This document shows, one piece after another, positions 34,684-46,791 of a stretch of DNA of 64,000 nt (position 1 is its first letter; each line of letters begins with the position of its first letter). The stretch is from Amoebophrya sp. A120. Lineage: Eukaryota > Protista > Dinoflagellata. The notes beneath the pieces were generated by a model that saw nothing but the letters and a program-made list of their open reading frames with translations, made no database searches and had not been told where the DNA came from. The position numbers were made by a program, and so were the translations under genes. The stretch is from NCBI GenBank assembly GCA_905178155.1, contig CAJINV010000001.1, forward strand, positions 14,818,142-14,882,141, read 5' to 3'.

Positions 34684-37600
34684 CTACAGATCCGCATACT
34701 GCCCCCGGTCAACCGCCAGCCACCTCAGTTGCTCCATTTTCGTCTCGACCTCGCCCATGTTTTCGCCAAGATTCTTGAGGCGCCTCTTGTCGGCACTCAA
34801 GTTCTGCAGCAAGTCGTTTCCTTTTGCTGGAAAGGGGATCGTCTTTTTCTGGAATTTGAGAGTGTGTTCCTGACCGGAAGCCGTGATCTTGTGCGTATGC
34901 CGGACGAGTCTAAACGGCGCTCTCCCCGTCTTCGCAAGGCCACGGCGCAGCTGAGTGGTCATTTCATCAATCGGCTCCTTCACGGCGCCTCCTGATGCGT
35001 CGGCTGCATTTTGATTCACACGAATACCGTCCCCGGACACTGCTCGCGCGCGCCCAGCGTCCCGCTCCACCTTGACACTCTTCAGCTCCTTGAAAATCTG
35101 ACTGGCAAACGCCTTTTTCTTCGCGCTTTTCTGCAACAACTTCAACAGGCTCGGGTCCTCCTTGCTCAGTGTTATCTCGATAGCCCTCGTGTCCGGAACC
35201 ATGTGCGTTTCGAAGCGTGCGAGGTCTTCGGAGTCGAACAGTGTGTCCGCGGCCTGTAGAATCCGGCGCTTCTCCGCAAGAGACTTCTTCGCCAGCTGTG
35301 CCCGCGATGTAATGTTCTCCTCGTCCTGCAAAATCTTTTCCCATTCCTGCGCTATCTGCAGATACTTTCCCCGCGCCTCCTCGATCTTGCTGGTGGTGTG
35401 ACAATGGAACCCAGGCTCCTTGAGCGTCAAGACCGTCGAATACAGCACCCGTTTCCATTCGGAACTGTTCCCAAAGGGCAAAACTGCCGTATGGAGGAAA
35501 TAGTGGCAATACTGCTTCTCCGCTGGCAGGTGCGCGTGAGATTTGAAGCGGCAACTTCGTCCCACGAGTTGTTGGTATTCCAACCACGTCGGCGGAACGT
35601 CCAGCAAATGAAGGTGGTTAACCTCTAGCATCGTCACGGACTCCCCACAGTATTTGTTGTTCGCAACGAGCACGGGGTAGCTCAAGTCGTCGTCGCCGCC
35701 GGCGTCGTTGTGCACGTACTTGTTGAATTTACTCAGTGCCTCATCCTTGTCCTGCGCGTCCCGCATCACTAAGACCCGATGCTCGTAGGGAAGTTTCAGC
35801 CGCAGCAGCTGCACTAAGTTCTCCAGTCCGCCCCGTAGCGATACCAGAATGGCGGCCTTGCCCTTTTTCACCTGCCCCGTCACCATGTTGCAGACCGTTA
35901 GGAGCTTCGGAAAACGGTCTGCCAGCAAGTTGGCTTGATTGCACCTCTCGAGCTCGTCGCGCCGTGTCAACTTTGTAAGTTGTTTATCAGCAGCACACCA
36001 CCTTAACAGCCGTTCAGTGTCGAGTTGCTTTTTCCCATGCTCCCGCTGCAGCTTTCGGCACATCTGGCCGTATTTCGCAAGCGCCCGCCCTTGGAGAGTC
36101 GATTCAACTACATGTGACTGACAGCCCGGCTTTCCAAACAGCGTGTAGTCTTCTTCGAGATCGGTCTTGACCTGAAACAGAGTGAGAACGTGGTAAGTAG
36201 CCATGGGATTTGCAAGAGCATAAAACTGCACACGGAGTCAGTGCATCATCAAAACACGGGGTGAACCTGACGACGACGTCGCAATACAAAACAAAAACTC
36301 GCTAAAGACACTTACCTGCGGAAAGCCTTTCCTTCCGTTGTAAAAGCTCACAAACCCCTCGTTTCCCTCCGCCTTGAAGGCGTCCCCCTTCAGCACGTTC
36401 AGGAGAAATTTCGAATCGTACTGCCCCGCGAGATTTTTCACGACCGGCGTCGCCGTTAGAAATAGGATCGACGTCGCCGCGCTCGCCGTAGTCAAGGCCG
36501 CTACTACCTTCTTTACCGCGTTCGCACTCCGTGGGTTTTTCGCGAGCACCTCGCTATTGATACACAAATTGTGCGCCTCGTCTACTATAATCGTCTTCTG
36601 CGATAGTGGATTCGGCGAAGTCACAGGAAATTTTAGCGCAGCGTCAACACTAGCGTCGGCTTCGGTTTTGAGCGACCGGGCCAATTCCGAATACGTGAAG
36701 AGACGGATGGGGGCTCCGGGGAGGAACCGCTCGACGTCCCTGTTGTTCCGGTCGAGGTGCGAAAATAAGATTTTCCGCATGTTCTTCTCGAACACCTCTT
36801 TCTGCGCAGGCTTGATTTTTCCCTGGATGACGTGACCCCGCAGCTCGATAATTTTTTCAAACGTCGCGAGCGTCTCCTTGTCAACCGTCATAGCAGTGTC
36901 CCACGTTTCCCCGCGTTTTTCTTTCCAGTCCACGTTCTCGCCCACAATCTTTTTCAGGGTCTGCTTCTCCGTTCGCTGAATCTCGCACATCGCGAAGTCA
37001 CGCAGCTTGCTGGGCCATTTGAGAAATTCGCGGAGTAAGTTCACCTTCTGGGTCCGATTTTTCAAAATGAGGATTTTGGCGCACGTGCTTTTCTCCGCGT
37101 GAAAGTTCTCATTCACGAGCTGCAGCATCGATTTCGACTTTCCGGAACCAGTACGGTGGTAAAGCAACACCCGTTTGCCAACGGTTTTTTTCCCTTGCCT
37201 TCCACCTGGCACAACATTCGGCGCAGGAGGCACTCCTCCTTGTAGTGAATGCTGTGCGCCGCCGTTCGCAGCGAGTAGCTGATCCATATCGACTTTCTCG
37301 AAGATTTTTGCGGCGACGCGCTGGTGAGGTTCCAACGCGGCATTCGCACCGCCTCCGACCTCAAACGCACCCTGGTAGCGCAACAGGTCTTGAATGACTT
37401 CGTTTGCGTTTTCCTTGCCCTGCAGCACCGTCTTCACGGTGTCTTTGTTGCGCTTCTTCTCCCAGTAGTGCGTGTCGGCACTGCCGCGGAAAAAATTGAG
37501 TAGCTCTTGCTCACCAACACTGTCCACCACTTCGTTTGGGCTGTCAGGCAAGTTCTGGTCCCGGTCGGCGGCGCCCCCCTCGCCATCCCAACTATCCCGG

Positions 37601-38358
37601 TCGTCTCCGTCTTCCTCGGGCGCGTCAAAAATCTCCGGTGCTAACGCATTGATGCCACTCGGGCTAAAGGGTCTCAGGACACCGTCTATCGCCTCTAGGT
37701 CTTCTGGCTCTTCATTGTCCGAGCTGGCCCCGTCGTCGTCATCGTCTACTGCGTTTCTGTTCAGCAACCACCCCGGCTGCAAAAGAGACTGCTGGTGTGC
37801 GACGTTTGCAGACACCGCATCCCCTGCTAGTCCAGCGTCGAGTGAAATCTTGCTGTTTTTCCCGCTATCAACGCTTCCGCCAATCGGAAATTCTCGAGCT
37901 TGCGCGGAGGATGCCGACGCAGGGTAGCGATCTCCTGCATCTGCTTGCGGATGCGGTACGAAGAGCACTGGTGGTGCTGGTGCTGGCAATTTACTACTGC
38001 TGCTGCTACTGCTGGAAGAGGCCGACGAAATCACCACATGAGCAGATGCAGTGAAAACCTCCTGACGTTGGATAAATTGTTCAGATGCTTGTCCACTTCC
38101 GCCTCCGACATGCACTCGCTTGCTTTCCGGTTCTCCGGCAGATTTGCTTCCGTGCGTCGAATTGATATCGACGGACTTTGCAGCTCTTTTTCGTTTGACA
38201 TACTCGCTCGCTTCTTGTACTTTTTCACGGTTAAGTCCGAGAATATTCAGCAGCTCTCCGTCCTGCTCCCGTCCAGATGAAGCCGCCCCAGCGGCTCGGA
38301 TAAGCTCCTCTCCAAGCCGCTTCAGCGCGTCTGGAGAAAGTGCAGCGGGATCACCCAT
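34684..38358 (-). CDS. SF2 (SNF2/DExH) helicase resembling NCLDV D6/D11-type helicases, 2 exons
   Basis: Motif I LLYHRTGSGKS, motif II IIVDEAHNL, motif III LFLTATPV and helicase-C GESVTMLEVNHLHLLDVP..YQQLVGRSCRFKSHAHLP. Probable GT-AG intron at 36172-36315. Confidence 0.8.
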
Positions 38359-39716
38359 TTGAAATATTTTTTATTGTGATAGATTATGTCGTTGTCGGTC
38401 GCCGGTAGAGATAAAAAAGATAGTCAAATACGAATGACAAAATTATGTATCAAAAATGTGTTGTTAGATAGTGTCAGTTTCCTTGTCGTGTATCAGCTTC
38501 TCGGTGCAATTGAAAACTACAGCTTTTCCTGCAGGTGCACGTTCACTTGCATCAACTCAGAAACTTCTAGCAACATTTTGGGGCGAGGCCAATGTCAAGA
38601 TTCAGCATGGTTAACAGACTCAAAATGGCAATCCCTTGGAGCTTTGCGAGTCACGAAGTGATCTATTTGGCAGAAAAAAAAGTTGATCCTCATCGATCGA
38701 AGCGAGTTAGTAATACCGACTGCGCGCGACATTGAAACCACGAAACGATTGACGACACTGATCGAGGCACCACGATGATCGTCCGAAGATCTTCCGTGTG
38801 TTCGAGCACTCCTCTTCATTCACCGAAAGTGACGGCTGATAGGAATTTGTGTTCTTGCAACAGGAGCTTGCTGGCTCAAAACGTCAACCCATTGCCAACC
38901 GGATCAATCTAGTATGTGTTGAACGCGAATAATGATATGATGGATTTGCCACGTCCTGTTGTTTTGTTGGGCGACGAGGCTGCGCTGTCGCGCCTGATGT
39001 GATTGTTGTATCGCTTAATGCTACGTTGCGTTTTTACTTCTCATTTGCGTTGCGCTGAAGTTAGTAGGTGTAGGTCACGACCACATCATAAAATCTAGTC
39101 CTGCTCAGCGAAACACGCCAGCTAGTATCGGTTTCTACTTGCCACCACATAAATGGCAACAGCAGCTGCAGAAGCAGCTGTTTCATAGGGTAATAGAAAT
39201 CAGAAAGAGTAATTGGAGTTCATCACACTCCCAGAACCCAGAACCAGTTAGAATTAGAAAAAGTTCACATCATAAAAGCAAGTTCATTCAAGCAAAGGAG
39301 AGTTCGAAGAGCTTTCAATCCTGCTACCACCGCTACAGGCTCAATGGCGCCGCGTCTATCGACGCCCTTACGTGCATCTGGCTTTATTCTCTAAAATTGA
39401 CTTATGCGATCCGGTAAGCGTAAACAAAAAGTCCTCAATTATCAAGCCACTGTAGCATTTTTCCTTGCGTTAGGCGTTTACTTTCTGCCTCACTGAAATA
39501 AAGCCTTCAGTAAGTACAGTTGTAGCAACCTTGTCGTTCTTCTTGAATCGCATTCATTTAGAAGTGTTTTGTTCAAGCACACATCATGAAGATGTGCATT
39601 GTTTGTTCGTATTACATACACTGATGTTGTATTAAAAGCCTACAACTGTTTGCTCTCGTCGTCTAGAATATTACGGAAGAAAATTTGGAGCCTACGATGT
39701 TCTTGTACTCGGTCGC

Positions 39717-41411
39717 TCACTGAATTCCAATCGGACCCTGCATCAGGTCGTTGTAGTGGGGCCGCAGGGGCCGGGGCTCCAAGTTGGGCACTTTTCCCAG
39801 CGACTCACTGTGGTTCGGCGTCGCTCTCGGAAGAAATACGTGGAAATGCCGGTGCAGGTGCTTATGCTGCGGGTCAGTTGTGCTAGAGTTGGATGCGGTG
39901 GACTCTTTTGACCGCGATCTCATGCTCGTTGTTGACGTGTTGTGCTGGGGTGGTCCTCTTGCTTTCTTCTTCGTTCCCCGGTTCGTCGTACTCGACGCCC
40001 GCCCGCTGCGCGACGACGGTCCGCTGGAGGGCGGGCCGCCCGGAAGGCCCTTCAGCGGTCGAACGGACACAGAGGTCGTGCTCGTCGTCGACGCATTCAT
40101 ACTGTTTCGCATCATCTGCTGTTGGGGGTTGGAAACGATACTCCCATTCAAAGGGTCCAGACCCGCCTCTCCCCACTGCTCGCTGATGCTCTGCCGACTG
40201 TTTGGGTTCGATGCGGGGTAAAAAAGTTGCTGCCCGCCTGGTCCCGTCGTGACCGCCATTCTGTCGTCTCCCTCCAGGTAGTTCTGTTCGCTGCTGAGTT
40301 GGTGAAAGGAACCGGCCCACTGCTGCCATTCAGACGGGGGGTCCGCCGAGTCGGTGGAGATAGTCTGCATCGGGGCACCGCGCCGCGGGTGGTTTGCGCC
40401 CTCGGTCTGCGGTCGCGTGCGGTTTAAGCTGGTACTGGCAGAAAGCGGATTGTTGCTGGTCCTCGGGTTCAACCGCTTCTGGCCACCGGAACGATTCAGC
40501 AGCGGGTTGGTGCGCAGCCCGGTGTACACTTCGGCGACGAGCTCGCTCCGCTGCGCAGCTGTCAGGTCAGGATCTTTGTCATGCAGAACCACACGCAACT
40601 CACTCGTCTTTGCTGCGAGTTCGTCAGAAATAGGCATCTTTTCGGAACATGGGTAGGGCCACACCGGGATCTCTAGCTCAATTCTAGGTTTACCTGTTTG
40701 ACTCGTCCCCGCGGGCGGTGGCTGCGACGGTGGCCGCTTGATGCGGTCGGGGTTCTGCCGTCCCGCCTTGTTCTGCATGGTCTTGAAGAAGTGCACGGTG
40801 TTCTTCGCGTCAAAGGCCTGGTTCATGGGCGGCGTCCTCTCCACTTGCTCGCTGCTCACCGTGCGCATCTCGTTGCCCTTGTCCTCCAGGCTGTAGCTCT
40901 GCCCGATCGGTGGGTGGTTTTCCGTTGCGGCCGGTATCGAAGCCATGTGCTGGAGCTGCTGCTTCAGTGGGAGAGCTGGCACCGTAGCTGGACGACCACC
41001 TGTTTGGTTTGGTTTTAGTACATTCATAGTGCTTTCCTTTCGTGCTGGTCTGGTGATTGTTCTGCGATTTTGAAGAAGGTAGGAAGTCATCGATTCCTCA
41101 GCGTTAGAAACTAGCTAAAGCATTCGATTCCTCGGTAAACAAATCTGATCAAAAAAAAAACCTATCGACATAGGTGATCGGGAGCCACCGGGCGAGGAGC
41201 CGCTGGGGCTCCGCGTCAGCATGCTGGAAGAGCTACCGCCCTGGCTCATTCCCCGAGTCAACAGCAACCGTGGGGGCTGCGGAGCAATGCCCTCATCGTC
41301 TAGCATTTCTAGACTTATGTTGATGGGCTCCGTCTGGATCCGCTCCCGCTCCCGGCGCTGGTAAGCGCATTCATCAAAATAGTCGGGGAGAATACGCGTA
41401 AAGGTACTCAT
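39717..41411 (-). CDS. Hypothetical low-complexity protein (may be the 3' part of the upstream gene)
   Basis: 457-aa ORF plus a 98-aa upstream ORF separated by a short intron-like AT-rich gap. Confidence 0.5.
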
Positions 41412-41747
41412 TGTCGCGGTGGGAATTATAAGGGGTTAAGTGGTACACACCAGGGGCTTTCGACTTGGAGTTAACAAGTCCTAGTATGATACAAAAATGT
41501 GCGAACAAAAAGGGGAGGCTACGCACCTACTCATCCCTGCGAATGCGGAACATGGAAAGCGACGGTGACAAATGATGGAAGTACATGAAAGAGTCAAATG
41601 GTGGTGTTCAGCTCTGCAGCACCGTGTACCGAAGTTCGTGGCATTGGTGTTGATTCGTGCACTACCGATCAAAACAAAAGGTAAACGCTGCAGGTTCAGA
41701 CCGATTTATTGGACGTTAGCTAGTTCTTATGCATATGCTCCTGCGCT

Positions 41748-44700
41748 TCAGGAACAACTATCTGAAAGAACCGAATTTGCTTTTTTTGAGCTGTCTGATA
41801 ATGTTAATGCTGCAGCTAGTGTTACGTGCAATGACGTTTTGACAAACCAAGTTAATAGTAGCAAATTGAATATACGTTCCACGCCAGTTCTGCTCCTGTT
41901 GACGCTGTCCGTCAAGGCTGCGCTGGTTGTAACTTTCCGCGCCAAGTGAACCTTCATTTGCGACTGCAGTAGTTCCGTAGCAAAGTGGATGCCGACGTAC
42001 CCCTTCAGGTGCCGCACCACGGCGTGCAGGCAACGCTCCGGGTCCTGGGCCACTGCGGTCGTAAAGCTGGACGAATTGGCAAACTGCACCATTTTTTCGA
42101 GTTTGCTCACGATCACACCTACCGCGTCCTCTTTTTGTTTCCACTTCCTTCGCTCATCCACCGCTTTCCGCGACGCGCGGCCCCGCCCAGCGGCTTGGAG
42201 TCTGATGAGTCAAGAAGTTATTAAACTACGTTTAGATATTGTTTCAACTTGCACTTGCGACGCAACAAAATTATCTGATCTAACGGAAAAATCCACGTAT
42301 GAACCCTACAATCGCTATCGCATTCGCAATCTTACGAAAAACGAATTCAAAGTGTACTTGATTGCTGCGGCCTGTATATCTGCATAGTTGGAAATATTGC
42401 GAAACGCGTAGGCACAGACAACACTTTCCAGCGTGTGGGTCAAGATACTGAGCTGCTGGAACGTGAACTTGCTGGTGCCACTTCTGCGAGTCGCGCCGGA
42501 GGACGACGAGGCTGCCTGTTCCGGTGTGCTGTCGTGAGCTGCAGAGCTGCTACTCGAGGACGAGGAGCTCGACGAACCCATACTGCTTGACGGACCAGGA
42601 GCCGGATTCTTTGGAGTCAACTCCATGGGCTCCTCGCTTTCTTGCTCGGGATCCTCCCGCAACGAGGGCATGCTCAAGGGCCCAGATTTGCTCCCGCGCA
42701 TCGTGCCGCCCTCTTCTCCGCCACCAGATCTGCAGTTCAAATTCGATGTCCATTTCAAAAGTAGTGTTGAGTGCCACTAATTCACCATGGATATAGAAGC
42801 ACGGAAAAAAAAAGTGAAAACGAGGAAAATGAATCGAAAAAAGCAGAAAAGACCTTGCCGCCATCATGTTTCGCATCATCTCCATACGCTCGGAAAGGAA
42901 AATTTCGCCACAGGGATGGTTTGACAGTGCGGACTTCATGCGCGTCTTTTCCAGTTCGCCTTCCAGCTGACGAATCACGTCGGTCCGCTCCTCAATCATC
43001 CGAATGTAGGCGTGCGCGACCATGCGCGCCTCGGCGAGCTTGGAAATGGACTTGCGTAGCTCCGAGTCCTGCGTCTGCACGTACTGCTGGATCTGTTTTG
43101 ACAAAAAAGTAAAAGCGTCCTAAGAAATGCATGTGTATGATACTTCTCTCCTGTATCGGATCATGCGAAGTAAACATGATGATACACTGTCCCATCGGGA
43201 TCATCAATCGACTTTCGCGTTGTGCTCGCAGTGGTATTTTTTGCGAATAAAACACTAATAATTTCATCTCTGTACCGTCATCGAAGCCAGCTCCGAAGTG
43301 CTTTTGCTTTTTGTCATACCTCCGGACGGGCCAGAGTTGCTAGGCCCCGACTTGCCACTACTTCCTCGTGGACTCAGGGTTCGGCTCTCCCGGGCAGGGG
43401 GTTCTTCCTGCGGCTGCTCCGGTGGAGCGTCCATGTCCGGAATCTCGATGCTCAGGCCGACCTGCAAAAGTAAAGGCGATGAAAGGTGTGTCTCTAACTG
43501 GCTTGCTACTGCAACTGCTCTTCCCGTGAGGCTCAGACACTAGCAAATGCGGTGCCAGTGTGGAAATCGTGCATCATAATCAGCGCCATCGGGATGGATG
43601 AATGAATGCGGAATAAATTTTGCTTATCGCATCCTATCACAATCAGAGAAAAATCCATTGGTCCTCTTACGTCGGCACAGCTCTTCCCACAGTCTTGCAG
43701 TAAATGTTTGATCCCGAGTTTTGCCTTTGTCGCCTCCTGCTTGTATTCCCAAACGAGTTTCCGGGCTTCCATTAGCTCGTTCAGCAGATCTCGCTTCTGT
43801 GCGTTGCGCTCTTTCAGCCGTTCTTTCAGCGTCGCAACACTGGTCTCGAGCTCCCTTATCTCTTGTCTGCCCTCGTCGTCCGTCGAGCTCCTGGACTTTG
43901 CTCGAGAACGCTCCTCCGCGTCGCCGGAGCCGGATGCAGATTCAGTTTGGTTCCCCGGCCTGTCTTGTCGCGGCCCGAGGTCCACGAGAGCGCCCTGCTC
44001 GGCCTTACCCAGCGCTTCAGCGTCTGAGAGAAAGGTTTTAATTTCATTTGTCCGCAAGACTCATTATTTCAAACTTAAAGCGACAACGTACGAGCGAGTC
44101 CTTATTTTGACCTTGTGTAAGAGAAACAGAACGAAAGCAATCAAACGCAAAGAAACCATCAATACGTTTTTTCTCGGCCTCCTCCTCTAGCGCCATCAGT
44201 TCCCGCAACAGATCTTCTTTCGACTTCATCGAACAAAAAAAGAAGTAAGAACGTGTGACGACATTGATTGAGTTCGACGCAGTCAGAGTAGACCAACGCT
44301 AGCTATTTCAACATTGCCTTGTCAAACATGTATGTAAACTGACATTGCTCTAGCTCTCTCTGATAATGCAAGAAAGTCACACAATCCTGACCCTGAGAAC
44401 GTTTCGTGTGATAAATTTTCCGCCGTGCTGCGGCGGAGCTGTGGATGAGGAGGATGGCGTAGCTTCGTCGGCAGCACCAGCGCTGGCTTCCGCGTCGTCC
44501 GTGCTGTAGAGGAACCTGGTGAACGAAATATCTTATTTCAGGAGCCATACTAGAAGGAGGAGTAAGGATTCCGGCATTAGAATTAGATTGCGTTTATTTC
44601 GATGCATCAGAAACTGAACTTTCGTATTTTTTACTGTTCTACCTGCCCTGCAGTGCTTCTTCGGTAATCGTTGGCAGCTCCACTCCTGGCTGGCCCCCTT

Positions 44701-44857
44701 CCACCTCCTCCTCTGCCGTTTGCGGTCGACTGTCCTCTCCCGCATCTGTAGTCGCGGTGTCGGGGCGATTCTTATCGTCGTCCTCGTCAAACAGGCCCTC
44801 CTTGCTCCCCGCATCGGAGGGCGTTCGCTCGCCGTCCCGCCGCTCGGCCGCTATCAT
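41748..44857 (-). CDS. Hypothetical coiled-coil protein, multi-exon
   Basis: Series of minus-strand ORF segments with heptad-like E/K/L runs (IRELETSVATLKERLKER, IRQLEGELEK), linkable by GT-AG introns. Ends uncertain. Confidence 0.55.
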
Positions 44858-45527
44858 ACTAGCTTCAGTTCTTTGCTCGGAAAGTTGTTCTCGAACAAAT
44901 CACACTATGGCCAGTCCTGCGGCATCCAGCCCATGAATATGAAAATGAATTACTTATGATATTTTCGTGGATTCAGAATTTCAAGAACAGGTGCAGCTTC
45001 GCAGCTTGTTCTACGTGCATACACTTCGTAAGCTACTTTACCTCTTGCAGAAGTTCCAGAAGTTCTGGTGTCGACAACATGTTGTCGGCACATTAGCGAT
45101 GAGTCACGATATCTGCATCGCGTCAATCCGAGACAAGTGCATCGAAATGCCAATCCGCAGTTTTTTGTCATGCCCCCAGTGTCGGCTCTTGCTCTCATGG
45201 ACATATTTTCCGGTACTTTTTTTTCCTCCTGCGTTCGCTCACGATGAATTTCGACGAATCAGCGCGTCGCGGCCCAATTTGACTCTCACTCTCTACAGCT
45301 ATTCACTTCGACACTCCAACCAAACTCGTATGGCGTAAACGAATAGCTGACACCACAGGCACAGGCAACGATTTTGGGTTTGCAGAAAATTATACGGAAG
45401 CAAGTCTAGAATTGAACGACAGTGTTTGTTTCGTTTTCCGTCCGAACAAGCACTGCCGTCCCGTTTTGCAGCCTAGGAACCGCTCGCGCTTCCTTTTCTT
45501 GATTCGCGACGAGGAAGATGTTACAAA

Positions 45528-45977
45528 TCAATCGAGCTTAACGCCTTCGTTGACTTTCGCGACAAAGTCGGCCCTGCCAGATCTTAAATACGCACTGTAC
45601 ACGACGAAAACCACTACGCAGGTCGGCAGTGTCCACCAAGAAGCGAACCCAGCGTCTTCTGTTGAACCAGAGTTGCTATCCGCATCCCAAAGGTGGCGCT
45701 GGCGTAGAATGCCGGGAACCGATCCCAAGAAGTCCTCCACGTGGTCCGTGAAGAGAAACAGGACAATGGGGCCTATGCAAACGAGCGCAATCGCCAAGCT
45801 TTCCAGCAGCGTCTTTGCGAGTAAGCACGTGGTCTTCTTCTGACCGAAGATTTGCCTCAGCCGTGCCGCAAACCCGAAAGAAGTCGCATCGTCTGCGTTT
45901 GTCGGTGGCGCCGTACCGAAAGGGGCAGTAGTTGCTGGAACTTTGCTTTTTCCGTCCGGGGAAAGAACGGAAGCCAT
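45528..45977 (-). CDS. Small hypothetical membrane protein
   Basis: ORF from MASVLSP with two hydrophobic segments. Confidence 0.4.
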   Translation of the reverse strand: MASVLSPDGKSKVPATTAPFGTAPPTNADDATSFGFAARLRQIFGQKKTTCLLAKTLLESLAIALVCIGPIVLFLFTDHVEDFLGSVPGILRQRHLWDADSNSGSTEDAGFASWWTLPTCVVVFVVYSAYLRSGRADFVAKVNEGVKLD

Positions 45978-46791
45978 CTTGTGATGCTGAGGCGGAGTTG
46001 CAAATATTGACGGAGGAAGGCTCTTTCTGCGTCTGCGAAGTCTCAAGTTTGCTCTTGCGGTTCAGCATGACAGACCCTCTCTTTCTTCTTGCGTTTGAGT
46101 TTGATTTCGGGTACCTGCAACAAACAAACAGAATGTCGGCTCTATGGACACAGAGGCTTGCACATGTCAGCTCTTGCTTTTTTCTTTGCTTTATGGTTTT
46201 CCTCTTGTTGCGACTACAACAGAAAGTGGGATTCTCAAAGTTTTTTCGTTGCGACAAAAGATTTTCAATGTTTTTACGTATGGCTACTTATTGTTGGGTC
46301 ACGGTTGATAGTGATGATGGAAACAGCGCGGTCTGAGTTGGTTTAGGAAGGAAAAGAATCTTCTTCTTCCTTCTTTTGCGTTGATCCAGGCCCACGTCTA
46401 ATTTTATTGCGCTTCCAATTTCATGTAGTCCGTGTCTGTTTCAATTCATAAAAATATCACTTGAAATTACAGATGCAGGTGGGTCGAGTAATCGGCAGAT
46501 ACGTATCAAGATGGTGTAGCGGCTGAATCGGGTAGGCGTTAGCAAACTGAAAGATATTTCGTGCTTCTCATCAAAATCTCAGGTAATGGTAAATCGTGAT
46601 AAAAAACACCGTAAAACTCCATTGGATTTGGTAGATTGTATACATCTGCGCGAAATAGAACTACTACACATTCTCATTCCGAAACTCCTTTTACAACAAA
46701 TGAAACAGATACGGTGCTGACATACTTACATGATTTTTACAGCTGCTAGAATGCGGAGTAATTTTGCATGGAGTACATTTCGGCAAAGGCA

